Virus record (IMG/VR): IMGVR_UViG_3300027747_004168
Source of the DNA: an uncultured virus (IMG/VR IMGVR_UViG_3300027747_004168)
Lineage: Duplodnaviria > Heunggongvirae > Uroviricota > Caudoviricetes
Strand: one strand, 5' to 3'
Length of the DNA stretch: 64,000 nt
In this document: piece after piece, positions 9,703 to 19,812 of the stretch
Position numbering within the stretch: the stretch's first letter is position 1
How the letters are laid out: every line of letters starts with the position of its first letter
Notes under the pieces: model-generated
The model's input: only the letters and a program-made list of their open reading frames with translations
Database searches by the model: none
Told to the model about the DNA's origin: nothing
Program-made: the position numbers and the translations under genes

Positions 9703-9963
9703 TTAAATGGATATAACAGATGCCTTCAATAAATGGAGTGCCTAGAGGGAAACCTCTGGAGTAGAACCGCTCAAAGTCGGTGGACGCTTGACTGCCAACA
9801 CCGAGCCAAGCCCAAAAGGGAAGGTGTAGAGACTTGACGGGCGGCACCTAAGGGCCGAAAGGCAGATGGTGAAGGTAAAGTCCAGACCAACAAACCGTGA
9901 GGGTGGCGAAAGCCATAGTGGTAAGCTAAGCATCTATTAGAGGTTCGATTCCTCTTGGGGCTA
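9693..9963 (+). tRNA. tRNA-Arg(UCU) interrupted by a group I intron
   Basis: Exons 9693-9726 and 9926-9963 give acceptor GGCCCCA/TGGGGCT, anticodon arm GATGC-CTTCTAA-GCATC, T arm AGAGG-TTCGATT-CCTCT. Confidence 0.9.
9727..9925 (+). ncRNA. group I intron (199 nt, no ORF)
   Basis: Follows exon U and ends in G; P CAAAGTCGGTGGA, Q AACACCGAGCCAAG, R GTGTAGAGACT, S AAGGTAAAGTCC. Confidence 0.85.
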
Positions 9964-9970
9964 CTTCGAG

Positions 9971-10315
9971 ATGGACTGGAACAAGCAGCGGTTGGCAGAC
10001 CTCAGGAGGCTCTTCCTGAAGAAGCACATGGAGATGAGGGGGAAGCACAAGACCGACCGCAGGAACTTCAGCGCGATCTGGAACCGCTACCTCAAGAACT
10101 ACGGGGTCAAGCTCCTGAACGACGGCTCGCGGGGCGGGAGCAGTTCCATCGCTACTCGGGCCGGCACCCTTCTCAACAACCTGATCGACCTGGTGAACTA
10201 CAGCAACGAGGATGTGTCCGGGGCCCTTCTCCTGGACAACCCGGACAGGCCCGGACAGTACCTCATTGTGCAGAGGGACATCGCCGAGCGTATAATGGTT
10301 CTGGGAATGTTGTGA
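9971..10315 (+). CDS. paralog family A
   Basis: YLIVQRDIAERIMVLGML. Confidence 0.75.
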   Translation: MDWNKQRLADLRRLFLKKHMEMRGKHKTDRRNFSAIWNRYLKNYGVKLLNDGSRGGSSSIATRAGTLLNNLIDLVNYSNEDVSGALLLDNPDRPGQYLIVQRDIAERIMVLGML

Positions 10316-10668
10316 GCAATCGCGTGAAAAAAGAAAAGCTCTCTGGACTCGTCGCAACTAGGACGGACACGGAGAAGGTGTACGAAGCCTTCCTACGGCG
10401 GTACAGGAGGTTCTGGGACGACGCCGGGAGCGGGATGCGCGAGCACGACATCGTGGAGCTCTGGGAGGAATGGCTGAGGGAGACGGACGGGGTTGAACAC
10501 GTCAAGAAGTTCAGCAACCGCGCCAGCCCCGTGGACTACCTGCTTGAGCGGATCAACGAGCCGGGGTTCAACAGGGTTGTGGTGCGCGACCCGAGCAACC
10601 ACGACGAGTTCCTAATCGTGGAGAGGCCGTTCGCGGACAAGGTGCTGGTCTTGGGCGATGTTCCGTGA
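10312..10668 (+). CDS. paralog family A
   Basis: FLIVERPFADKVLVLGDVP. Confidence 0.75.
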   Translation: MSNRVKKEKLSGLVATRTDTEKVYEAFLRRYRRFWDDAGSGMREHDIVELWEEWLRETDGVEHVKKFSNRASPVDYLLERINEPGFNRVVVRDPSNHDEFLIVERPFADKVLVLGDVP

Positions 10669-10722
10669 TCCTCTAAGGAACCCCGTCCCTATGGATCGTG
10701 GTATGCACCCAAGGAGCGAACC

Positions 10723-11427
10723 ATGACCACCGAACCTCTGACCCCCAAGCGGGCCGTCCTGCAGGCCGTCGCGGCCAAGAAGAGGCTGCCCGAACTGGAG
10801 TCCGTCGTGCTCCAGAACCCCATCGCCACCTGCTACTACGCCAAGAATGTTGTGAAGGGCAGGTGGGAGGCGGCAGAGCCCGTGATCGCCACGAACCTCA
10901 GCCTTCGCCTGGTGGACTTCAACATCCTCGACGAGGATACGAGGATTTCGGCGGGCGGGTACCGAGTCGGCCCCCGTCCCGTGGGAACAGGCCATGTGAA
11001 GAGCGGGAACGACCTCCGGCTCATGACCGTTTACACCCGCATGGTCAAGTGCAGGGTCCCGGCCTTTGAGGCCGCGTTGGCGGGCCACCGTTGGAAGGGC
11101 GACGCCTACAAGTACTGCCAGATGATCTACCGCCACACGGGCGAGTTGATCGACCTCGACTGCCCCGAGGTTTGTTCGTGGATGATCCGCGACCTCGTAT
11201 TCGGACGCACCTTCAAGAAGATGCCCCGTGCCGAACGAATCCGCGTGTGCGACGAACTCCACAAGCGTATGATCCTCCACAGTTTCGCCCACGGCGACAA
11301 CAGGGATGTACGCGACTACTTCGCCGAACAGAAGAAGGCAGAGAACCACATGCTCCTTATGATGAGCCAGTACGACCCCGATATGAAGGTCGGCGACCTA
11401 ATCCAGAAGGTCGTGGAGGGGCTGTAG
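10723..11427 (+). CDS. paralog family B
   Basis: YYAKNVVKGRWEAAEPVI; ELHKRMILHSF. Confidence 0.75.
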   Translation: MTTEPLTPKRAVLQAVAAKKRLPELESVVLQNPIATCYYAKNVVKGRWEAAEPVIATNLSLRLVDFNILDEDTRISAGGYRVGPRPVGTGHVKSGNDLRLMTVYTRMVKCRVPAFEAALAGHRWKGDAYKYCQMIYRHTGELIDLDCPEVCSWMIRDLVFGRTFKKMPRAERIRVCDELHKRMILHSFAHGDNRDVRDYFAEQKKAENHMLLMMSQYDPDMKVGDLIQKVVEGL

Positions 11428-11467
11428 GGGTTCCCCTAAGAAACCGTCCGCGCGGGGACACCGAGCC

Positions 11468-11719
11468 ATGAAATACCCCCAGCGTGCAGAGGCGCTCAAG
11501 GACCTGTTCTTCCGGGTCAACCGTGCCGAGAGCAAGTGGAAGGACAAGGACGATCTCCACGCCTACCTCGAAAGGTTCGGGGGCAGGCTGAAGGGAAACC
11601 GCAGGCGCAGGAGCGGCTATGTCGTCTGCTACCTGTGCGAGTCCGAGGGCGAGACGCTGGTGGCCGAGGTCCCCGTACATTTCGCCATTACCGCCCTGGC
11701 CATGGGGGGATTCCCGTGA
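11468..11719 (+). CDS. paralog family A
   Basis: AEVPVHFAITALAMGGFP. Confidence 0.65.
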   Translation: MKYPQRAEALKDLFFRVNRAESKWKDKDDLHAYLERFGGRLKGNRRRRSGYVVCYLCESEGETLVAEVPVHFAITALAMGGFP

Positions 11720-12042
11720 GATACCCGCACAGCAAGGTCAACGAGCTCCAGCGTTTCTTCGAGGAACGGTACCGGTGGGTCCAGACGGGCAACATACCCT
11801 CCTGCGTCGACCGCCAAGAGGACATTTCCAGGGGTGCCGAATGGATGTGGACTCTGTTCATGAACCAGTTCGACTGCGTGATCGTGGAGGAAGAGGACCT
11901 TGTCGAGTCGTTCGCCGACATGGTGAACTTCGGCGAGGCGGTTAGGACTCATGTGTGCCTGCACAACCCGGCCGGAGACGGCTTCCTTCTCGTCCCTCCC
12001 GAGTTGGCGGAAAGGGTGTTGGTCATGGGGGCCCTGGTTTGA
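11716..12042 (+). CDS. paralog family A
   Basis: FLLVPPELAERVLVMGALV. Confidence 0.75.
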   Translation: MRYPHSKVNELQRFFEERYRWVQTGNIPSCVDRQEDISRGAEWMWTLFMNQFDCVIVEEEDLVESFADMVNFGEAVRTHVCLHNPAGDGFLLVPPELAERVLVMGALV

Positions 12043-12163
12043 TGCCCTTGTGGTACGATCCTCGAAGGATGCCCGAGTCCATGGAATGTGTGCTGTCGAG
12101 GGCGTTCCTCTAAGGAATCCCGCCCGCTCGGAACGAGACCCAATCCAAGAAAGGGAAGAAACG

Positions 12164-12724
12164 ATGAACGACATCCAGACGACGGTCCTCAGCAAGATGG
12201 TGGGCGAGAAGGAAGGCAAGGCGGCCCGTGCGGCCGTGGGTCCCGGCCAGTACCCGGTGGACTTCACCGTCCGCTTCCACGGCTCGATGAAGGTTGGCGA
12301 GGACTACGAGCGTCCGGCGACCACTTCGATCCCGTGGCTCGAGGTCACGACCCTCTACCGCGAGGTGTTCCGCAAGGCCATCGACTCGCTCGTCGCCCAG
12401 ATCGACGCTGGCGGGTCGGTTTCCCGCGACGACCTGACGAGCATGGCTACGGCCGGCGTCCTCACGACCGACGTGCTGGTGGACTGCATCCGCACGGCCC
12501 TCTCCAACGGCTCCAGCGCGGTCGGCACCGTGCAGGATCGGGTTCGGGAGGTGGAGGCGGGCATCGAGGCTCTCAAGAAGGACATCGTAGCAAAGGCTCC
12601 GCCGCAGAAGGTCCCGGGCCGCGTGAATCTGTCCGTGGAGGCCGAACTCGTGGGCGTCCCGCAGGGCGTCACGGCGGACCAGATCGCCGAGGCTCTCGTC
12701 CCCCGCATCGTCCAGCCCGCCTGA
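12164..12724 (+). CDS. hypothetical
   Basis: Motif promoter at 12105; GC3-rich codons. Confidence 0.75.
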   Translation: MNDIQTTVLSKMVGEKEGKAARAAVGPGQYPVDFTVRFHGSMKVGEDYERPATTSIPWLEVTTLYREVFRKAIDSLVAQIDAGGSVSRDDLTSMATAGVLTTDVLVDCIRTALSNGSSAVGTVQDRVREVEAGIEALKKDIVAKAPPQKVPGRVNLSVEAELVGVPQGVTADQIAEALVPRIVQPA

Positions 12725-12760
12725 TCCTCTAAGCAACCCGTTCCCAAAGGAGTCCGCAGC

Positions 12761-13207
12761 ATGGCTACCAAGATCAAAGCGACTGACCACATCAAGGACA
12801 CGCTGGACATCGTGTTCGACCTCCTCGGCGGGGCCGGCGTGGATTCCTTCGTCGTCTCATTCGACGGCGGGGGCGACGACGGCCAGGTGGAAAGTCCCTG
12901 CGAGTTCAAGCCCGCCAAGAGCGCCAAGCAGGCCGAGAAGCTGCTCGGCGAGGTGGTGAAGGGTGGTAGGGTGAGCGACGGCATGCGGCACGGCCCCTCC
13001 GGCCCCGAGCAGATATGGAAGAACGACCCCAAACTCGAGGACATGATCGTTGGTCTCTGCTACGACACGCTCGAGCATGTGGCGGGCGGGTGGGAGATCA
13101 ACGAGGGGTCGCACGGCACCTTCCACTTCGACTGCAAGAAGAGGAAGATGGGCCTCGACTTCAACGAGAGGATCATCGAGGACAGGAACATCGAGTTCGT
13201 CCTGTGA
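12761..13207 (+). CDS. DUF6878-like protein
   Basis: SFDGGGDDGQVE and GWEINEGSHGTFHFD motifs, from recall. Confidence 0.65.
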   Translation: MATKIKATDHIKDTLDIVFDLLGGAGVDSFVVSFDGGGDDGQVESPCEFKPAKSAKQAEKLLGEVVKGGRVSDGMRHGPSGPEQIWKNDPKLEDMIVGLCYDTLEHVAGGWEINEGSHGTFHFDCKKRKMGLDFNERIIEDRNIEFVL

Positions 13208-13482
13208 ACCTGCCCGACCTGGAGCCGTGGCTGGACAACCCTTCCGACCTCTGGGACGAGCTTCCCGCGGATCCGGACCAGCCATACGACGAATAGGAGG
13301 CTTGAATGGATTCCGCGCATAACGCTTTGGTGGAGGCTTGGGTGAAGGCCGAGGACGACAAGGAGAAGCCCGTGTTCGTCCCCCAGGTGACCTGGCCCGA
13401 GGGGACGGAGTACGTCAGCAAGGGCCCGTTCTTCGACGAGGAATGATCCTCTAAGGAACCCTCACCTTCTGGAGCAAGGGTC

Positions 13483-13836
13483 ATGGCTAACCCATACCAC
13501 CACGCGGTCAGTTCGTCGAAGAAGTGGGGAGGCGTCCCCGAGGACTACATCAAGATCCATGATTTCTTCGACGCCAGCAAGGAGTCCTGGGCAGATCCAC
13601 GGCACCGAGCCCTGCGTCACCACACGCAGGGGATATTCGAGTGCGAGAGGGTGTTCGGCCACGCGATCCAGAACAGCAACGGGAGGATGATCCCCGTCCG
13701 CTGGATCGGCGAACAGCATGTGAAGGAGGACTGCGGCTTCATCCCCACGATGCAGGACTGGTTCTGCAACATCAGGATGCAGAGGTGGATGGGGGAGCCG
13801 CCCGCCAAGTTGGAGGAACTGAATGACCACGCTTGA
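13483..13836 (+). CDS. DUF6915-like protein
   Basis: NPYHHAVSSSKKWGG..IHDFFD..HRALRHH..EQHVKEDCG, from recall. Confidence 0.7.
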   Translation: MANPYHHAVSSSKKWGGVPEDYIKIHDFFDASKESWADPRHRALRHHTQGIFECERVFGHAIQNSNGRMIPVRWIGEQHVKEDCGFIPTMQDWFCNIRMQRWMGEPPAKLEELNDHA

Positions 13837-14371
13837 AAAGGCCAAGGCCCGCACGCTCAAGGAGATCTCCGTCGTTCTCCGTTCCTGCTATTCATGGAAC
13901 GCCCGCGGCGTGAGCCTCGCACACACCCAGTGGATACAGGAGCGGCACGTCAAGAACTACTCCCAGGGAGACCCCCAGAAGGCCGAGGAGTGCAAGGCCC
14001 TAATCCAGTGGGCTTTCGGCAACCCCGAGGAACTCGAGCTGTACATGGCCGGCAGGAGCCCCAGCAGCGTCTCCCAGTGGGCGGTGAGTCACAACCGCAG
14101 GCTCTGCCGCGAAGCGGAGGCCCTGGTCAAGCAGAAGGCCAAGGACAGGAGCACCCTGCTCGACTACTGCTCACACTTCGGGATCGTCCTGGACGACCTC
14201 ACGAAGGTGACCATGAAGGCGGCCTTCGAGCAGGGGTCTCTACGCGAGACCGCCTACGTCAAGAAGATCGAACTCACAAAGAAGAGGACCAAGGAGTTCC
14301 TCGAACAACTTGTGGCTATAGGCCATCTGGACTCGGGCATCACGGTCAGGCAGCTGATCGAAACACTCTGA
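13823..14371 (+). CDS. hypothetical, distant family B
   Basis: Coupled ORF; C-terminus resembles that of 10723..11427. Confidence 0.65.
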   Translation: MTTLEKAKARTLKEISVVLRSCYSWNARGVSLAHTQWIQERHVKNYSQGDPQKAEECKALIQWAFGNPEELELYMAGRSPSSVSQWAVSHNRRLCREAEALVKQKAKDRSTLLDYCSHFGIVLDDLTKVTMKAAFEQGSLRETAYVKKIELTKKRTKEFLEQLVAIGHLDSGITVRQLIETL

Positions 14372-14382
14372 AGGAGCGGAAT

Positions 14383-14577
14383 ATGAACTTCATTTTCTTC
14401 GTTCTGTGCTGGCTGGTGGGCATCGTGGGCTCGGACGACGGCCATGCGGACCGGATCCGCGCCCGTGGCAAGTGCAGGGACATCAAGGTCCGGTGCCACG
14501 AGGTCGTGGTCAGGTTCACCTGCGACGAGGACGCCAAGCTCTTCGCCGATGACCTCAAGAACTTCATAAGGGAATAG
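14383..14577 (+). CDS. small hypothetical with hydrophobic N-terminus
   Basis: AAGGAG RBS. Confidence 0.55.
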   Translation: MNFIFFVLCWLVGIVGSDDGHADRIRARGKCRDIKVRCHEVVVRFTCDEDAKLFADDLKNFIRE

Positions 14578-14579
14578 GC

Positions 14580-14768
14580 ATGGACATCATCAAGATCGTC
14601 TCCGACATGGTGGAAGTCCGGCAGGACATCCAGCAGCTCTCCCGGGACATCGACTACAAGACCCGGCGGATGGACGTCCTCATCGACGAGCTCCTGGACT
14701 ACATGAAGCACAAGAGGATCGTGGAGACCTGCACGGTGTCCTCGAAGAAACCATCCCCCCACGGATAG
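14580..14768 (+). CDS. small coiled-coil hypothetical
   Basis: ORF running into the next motif. Confidence 0.55.
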   Translation: MDIIKIVSDMVEVRQDIQQLSRDIDYKTRRMDVLIDELLDYMKHKRIVETCTVSSKKPSPHG

Positions 14769-14791
14769 AGCGTCGAAAGGAACCCCCTCAA

Positions 14792-15496
14792 ATGAACAGC
14801 GTCGGCCAATACACGATGGTTTCCCTCGACAAGACCCTGAAGTTCGGGCGTCGCAGCTTCCGTGTCGTTGTCTACGGGGCGTACAACGCGCTCGGCCTGA
14901 TCGGCCCGGAGAACAACGGAATCGCGGTGCTCGACGAGGACAGGATGCAGGTTATCCTCGACGGGCACTGCCCCCAGGACAACGGCTACTACGGCCCCAG
15001 CGAGGCCCAGGCGTCCGAGTGGCGTCGGATCTGCGGGATGGACGCCTGCGAGTTCGTGGGGTTCTGCAACTCCCATTCCATGAGCAGGGAGCCCGTGAGC
15101 CTCGAGAGCAAGGTCAACCGCAAGCCCCCGTTCAACGTGGGCAGGTACATCAACATCGCCACTACGCCCGTGGCGTACAACGAGTCGGCCAAGCGCGAGT
15201 TCCTCCGCACGGGCGAGCAGATGGCCATCCTCATGGCCTCCAAGATGGGCCTCAACGAGGACCAGTACGAGGTGCGGGTCAACAAGGGAGGGATCGCCGT
15301 CTCGGGCGATGTGGTGCTCCACACGGACGCACACTACGTGAGACTTTCCCAGAGCACGGGCATCCTGGAGAGCGGGTTCCTCGTGCGTTCATGCGAGGGA
15401 CGAGGGGACTTCACGGGAGGCAGGAACCACTTCGTGAAGTGGGAGGACCTGCGCGACCTGGACAAGGTTTGCGAGTTCATCCTGGGACTTCGATGA
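14792..15496 (+). CDS. hypothetical phage protein
   Basis: Motif promoter; NKGGIAVSGDVVLH. Confidence 0.75.
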   Translation: MNSVGQYTMVSLDKTLKFGRRSFRVVVYGAYNALGLIGPENNGIAVLDEDRMQVILDGHCPQDNGYYGPSEAQASEWRRICGMDACEFVGFCNSHSMSREPVSLESKVNRKPPFNVGRYINIATTPVAYNESAKREFLRTGEQMAILMASKMGLNEDQYEVRVNKGGIAVSGDVVLHTDAHYVRLSQSTGILESGFLVRSCEGRGDFTGGRNHFVKWEDLRDLDKVCEFILGLR

Positions 15497-15852
15497 TGCA
15501 GGTCACAAGCGAACAGGAGAGGAGGCTCTACAACCTCTTCGAGGAGAGGCTCATCGACATATCCCAGCGGGTCGGCTACGGCGGGGAGGAGATCGGCTCG
15601 CAGAAGTATCTCGTGTTCGAGGCCGCCTGGGACGAGTATCTGGGTGGTCTGGGTGTTCTGCGTACTTTGGAGGTCTTCACCGCTCATGACGAATGGTCGC
15701 CGCATAGACTCTATGTCAAGGACACCAGCTCCTGGCCCAGCGCGAAGGAGGACTTCGTGGTTTTGTTCGACCCCCTGTACACTACGGGCAAGTGGCTCGA
15801 GGTGCCAAACGCCCTGGCCCTGAAGATCCTGGCCCTGGACTCGCTACCCTAG
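15493..15852 (+). CDS. paralog family A
   Basis: WLEVPNALALKILALDSLP. Confidence 0.75.
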   Translation: MMQVTSEQERRLYNLFEERLIDISQRVGYGGEEIGSQKYLVFEAAWDEYLGGLGVLRTLEVFTAHDEWSPHRLYVKDTSSWPSAKEDFVVLFDPLYTTGKWLEVPNALALKILALDSLP

Positions 15853-15855
15853 AGC

Positions 15856-16050
15856 ATGTACCACACCCCAAAGATAGTCCACAACTGCGTTCACCCCAGG
15901 AAATACTCGGAGAGGTACGACGCATACTACTGCCCGGAGTGCGACCTCTGGTCGGAGGGCAGGTGCGGGGATCCGGACTGCGATTTCTGCAACCGGAGGC
16001 CCGAGAGGCCCTCGCTCGAAGAAAAGGAAGACCCGGGGAACAAGAAGTAG
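15856..16050 (+). CDS. small Cys-rich zinc-binding protein
   Basis: CPEC...CGDPDCDFC. Confidence 0.6.
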   Translation: MYHTPKIVHNCVHPRKYSERYDAYYCPECDLWSEGRCGDPDCDFCNRRPERPSLEEKEDPGNKK

Positions 16051-16423
16051 CCCAAGGAGGTGGCTTATGGACGAGGAGACACAGAAGGAACTGATGCGTC
16101 TCGTCAAGCAGTCGCTCGTGGTCGTAGCGGGCGGCCTGCGGGACGAGGAACTTCTTTACGCGCTGCGAGACATCATCCGGAAGATAGAGGGCAAAGGTGG
16201 AGAGGCTGTTTAGCGCGTACATCTGCGCCCTTATGACGTACATCGAGCTCGAGTACGACAACATCCCAGAGCACGTGACCCCGGAGATGGAGGCTTTCTT
16301 CGAGGAATGTTTCTCGCCGGGATCGCCGACCTGCCTCCCGAACGCGGCCGGCCTCTTCTACGAACGCTTCCTGAAGACGCCCGAGATCCTCTAAGGAACC
16401 CCGCCATGAAGGCGACCAAGAAC

Positions 16424-16945
16424 ATGAAGGTCACCAAGAAGTACTGCGCGGGGCTCCTCGAGCGTCACGATCTGGTAGGGGAGATCGCGGACAACTCCGA
16501 GCAGCTGGTAGCCGAGCACCTGGTCGAGATCCTCAAAAGCGCCGACAACAACAGCAGGTTCAGGGTCTCCTACGACCCCATGAGCTACGGGACAGACGAC
16601 GAAGACACGTGGGACCTCGTGGGGCCGGGCGTGCCGTACGGCAGGTTCTACTACTTGAACCGCGAGGACGCCGAGGCGGACAGGGACGCCCTCAACAGCA
16701 TCCTGCGCGAGCACTTCGGCCCCGTGACGAGGCAGGCCGAGTACACGAGCGACGCCCACGCCGCCAGGTGCGTCATCGACAACCGCAACCACTGCTGCCC
16801 GGCCTGCGGCTCCAACGAGATCGAACTCGACGAGAGCGCCTTCCTGGGGCCCGTCTGCACGCTCCGCCGGGGGTGCAGCAAGTGCAACGCCGAGTGGGTC
16901 GAGAACTACGTCCTCCAGGGCTACCACGACCTGCGCATGGACTGA
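16424..16945 (+). CDS. hypothetical with C-terminal zinc ribbon
   Basis: CPACGS...CSKCNAEW. Confidence 0.7.
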   Translation: MKVTKKYCAGLLERHDLVGEIADNSEQLVAEHLVEILKSADNNSRFRVSYDPMSYGTDDEDTWDLVGPGVPYGRFYYLNREDAEADRDALNSILREHFGPVTRQAEYTSDAHAARCVIDNRNHCCPACGSNEIELDESAFLGPVCTLRRGCSKCNAEWVENYVLQGYHDLRMD

Positions 16946-16975
16946 TCCTCTAAGGAAGCAGTCCCCAACGGAGCA

Positions 16976-17431
16976 ATGCACATGAAGACAAAGACCAAGA
17001 CGGAAGAGTTCCAGGTCGACAGCGGGCGGCTGGTTATCGGCGACCCGTGCTACGACACCAATAAGACGGTTCCCGCCCTCGAGGGCATGTGGACCGCCCA
17101 TGTCGAGACCTGCGACGAGGGCGACTGGGGCGTCCGCGTGAAGAGCGTGGTCGTCCACCATGTGGACTTCAACCCCGCGGATCGACGCATCAAGTCCAGG
17201 TCCTTCACCTTCGGCGTCGACTCCGGGCAGGCCGGCGTGTTCGACTCGTCCTTCTACGGATCGGACGGCTTCTACGACCTGTGCTGCAAGGCCACGCTTT
17301 CCAAGAAGGGCCGCGGCTATGTCGACGGCGGCTTCGTGTCCACCTCGGGCTTCGGCGACGGTTGCTACGAGGCGGAAGTGCAGAGCGTCGGCGACAAGGC
17401 GGTGTGCGTGGAAATCGTGTTCATCTGCTAG
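16976..17431 (+). CDS. DUF4241-like protein
   Basis: SGRLVIGDPCY, VDSGQAGVFD, SGFGDGCY. Confidence 0.7.
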   Translation: MHMKTKTKTEEFQVDSGRLVIGDPCYDTNKTVPALEGMWTAHVETCDEGDWGVRVKSVVVHHVDFNPADRRIKSRSFTFGVDSGQAGVFDSSFYGSDGFYDLCCKATLSKKGRGYVDGGFVSTSGFGDGCYEAEVQSVGDKAVCVEIVFIC

Positions 17432-17510
17432 AAAAAAGCCACTTCAAAAAGTTCTTCTTGTTTGATATGATCTGTTTGTTCCGTCCGTGGTTCAGAAGAA
17501 AGGAAATGAC

Positions 17511-17783
17511 ATGAGCCGAAGAAGTTCCAAGGAAAAGATCGCACGCCCTCCAATCAACGAGAGCGACCTCATCAAGGCCTGGGCCCGAGTCCACAGGGAG
17601 GGAGGCAATGTCCAAGACGTCGCCGACATCCTGGGGTGTAGCTACGCCGGGGCTAGGAACAAGGCCAACAAGCTCCTCGAGGCCGGGGTGCCGCTCCCGG
17701 AGCTCAAGAAGTACCGACAGCGCAAGGAGATCGACGTCCCCACCCTCAAGGCGGAACTCAAGGCCGAACTGGCCAAAAAGTGA
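17511..17783 (+). CDS. HTH DNA-binding protein
   Basis: NVQDVADILGCSYAGARNKANKL. Confidence 0.65.
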   Translation: MSRRSSKEKIARPPINESDLIKAWARVHREGGNVQDVADILGCSYAGARNKANKLLEAGVPLPELKKYRQRKEIDVPTLKAELKAELAKK

Positions 17784-17845
17784 TGCTCGAAGGAACCGAC
17801 CACCGTTGGATTCCCCAGTGTTTCACATGTTCAAGAGAGGCAAAG

Positions 17846-18175
17846 ATGGCTAGGTACACGATTCGCGAGTTCACGGAGGCAGTCGGTCTAGGGAAGGACA
17901 GAGATAGCGTCACCAGATCCGGCATCATCCTTAAGGCTCTCTGTGGCCTAGGAATCGCCAAAGAGGTGGGGAGGAAGAACATCGGCAACGGTCGCCCTGC
18001 GACCCTGTACGAAGTCCAAGACCCCATCGTGATCCCTCTGGGAGTCCAGAGTGCGGCAGCTGTCGAGCCGCCCGAGGCCGAACCGATCCCAGAACCCGTC
18101 GCCGTGGCACAGCCCACGCCCGTCGCGGTCGCGGCCCCGCAGGGCTACTACTACGACGACGACGAGGACGAATAA
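17846..18175 (+). CDS. putative winged-helix protein; paralog of 28388..28627
   Basis: TIREF...IAKEVGR...GRPATLYEV. Confidence 0.65.
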   Translation: MARYTIREFTEAVGLGKDRDSVTRSGIILKALCGLGIAKEVGRKNIGNGRPATLYEVQDPIVIPLGVQSAAAVEPPEAEPIPEPVAVAQPTPVAVAAPQGYYYDDDEDE

Positions 18176-18494
18176 CCCTAGGGTCCCCCGCCCCGGCACG
18201 CTGCACCAAGAGGCGAGCCAGGGGCGGGATCCAAAGGTGGAGACATCATGGACAGAAGCACCGTGCAGGCTATGAGCCGGGTCTCCGGGATCCTCGCCAA
18301 GGTGAAGGGCCTCGTGGCGGCCCACCTGATGCCCGACAACCGCGAGGCGTACACCCAGATCAGGGAGCTGCTCGGGGACTGCCAGGAGATCATGGCGACT
18401 CACTGCGGCTGCGCCCCGATCCGGCTCATCGCGGGGCAGGTGGACCAGATCGTCGACAACCTCGAAGAAACCCGAGTCTGAAGGAGAGAATCAC

Positions 18495-18719
18495 ATGGTC
18501 GTCAAATGCGTGGTCGCGTGCCGCAACGCCGAGGGAGCCTCCGACTTCTACTTCTGCAAGGTCGAGTGCTCCCAGGATCAGTACGACAACGGCGAGCACT
18601 ACGAAATCGCCGAGTACCAGGCGAGAAGCGAGGGCTACGAGGGCCCTATGGTGGCCTTCGACGAAAACGACGGCCCGAACTTCCTGTTCGAGCTCTTCGA
18701 GCGGGCGGGCCGCGACTAA
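18495..18719 (+). CDS. hypothetical phage protein
   Basis: Motif promoter and AAGGAG. Confidence 0.65.
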   Translation: MVVKCVVACRNAEGASDFYFCKVECSQDQYDNGEHYEIAEYQARSEGYEGPMVAFDENDGPNFLFELFERAGRD

Positions 18720-18754
18720 AGTTTCCTGACGGAACAGCCGATAAGGAGTGGCAG

Positions 18755-19105
18755 ATGGATTTGCCAGACGCTTCCACAAGGAGGGGAGTCTTGTTCTACC
18801 TACAGATCGCAGCCGTCGTGGTCAGCCTGCTCGTCGGCCTGGCCACGATCACGAAGGAGTCCGCGCCCATCGTCGAGAGGGTGAAGGAGAGCCAGAGGCA
18901 GGCCGAACTCCAGCGCCAGAGGGAAGATGCCCTCCGAAAGGCCACCCAGATAGCCCAGATGGACATACAGTGGCAGTATAGGGGCAACGACGGCACCTGG
19001 CGGTACTACAGCGACCATACTGGTCGGTACTGGTTCCGCACCAACATCGAGGGAGCGCAGGAATACTGCGAGAGCCCCGCCTACGCCCAGACGAGGGCCA
19101 TGTAA
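18755..19105 (+). CDS. membrane-anchored protein
   Basis: One TM segment followed by a coiled coil. Confidence 0.65.
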   Translation: MDLPDASTRRGVLFYLQIAAVVVSLLVGLATITKESAPIVERVKESQRQAELQRQREDALRKATQIAQMDIQWQYRGNDGTWRYYSDHTGRYWFRTNIEGAQEYCESPAYAQTRAM

Positions 19106-19522
19106 CACGCAGGATAAGCGGCGGCTCCGCCGTCCGCTTCATCCGTCGGTTCTGCGTCAAACGAGGTGAGACATGAGAACGCTTGAAGACGAAGAAGACC
19201 CCTTCATTCCGACTCCGTCAGAGGCTCGTCGCTTCGGGCGGCTGGACAAGATGCCGGAACATAAACGACTGAAGGCGACAGTGCGGATGTTTTTGGATGC
19301 GATCAGGTTTGTGCCGATGCGGGCGATTGACTGCGATCAACTTCTGGTAAGTGAACTGTTGAACCGCCTGTACGATGAAACAAAACCAAGCCGCAAGAAG
19401 AAGCGTCACGCAAAGTGACGCAGAACCATGTACATCACGAACTACCAGTACCTCTCCGCCCTGCTCAGCGTGACCCTAATGGGCGTCGCGCTCGGCGCGA
19501 CAATGGCGTCGCTGAGGATCAG

Positions 19523-19798
19523 GTGAAGACCGACAAGAATAAGCTGTTCTGGGTCTTCCACGAAAAGGCTCACTACCTGGCCGGATTGCGCGAGACGGTC
19601 GAGGAGAACAGGGCGGACTGGGAGGCCTACCTGAAGGGCGTGGGGTGCCGGATCGTAATGACCCCCGGCGGACTCCTGCCCATACGCAGCCCCCACCTCG
19701 TACATGTGGTCGACCCCTGGGAGAGCCCGGGCAGGGAATGGCACATCCAGGTTCCCAAGGATGTCGCCCTGCGGATACTGGCAATCGGGCTCCCATGA
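19523..19798 (+). CDS. paralog family A (start uncertain)
   Basis: HIQVPKDVALRILAIGLP. Confidence 0.7.
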   Translation: MKTDKNKLFWVFHEKAHYLAGLRETVEENRADWEAYLKGVGCRIVMTPGGLLPIRSPHLVHVVDPWESPGREWHIQVPKDVALRILAIGLP

Positions 19799-19812
19799 GG
19801 TAAAATCGAAGA

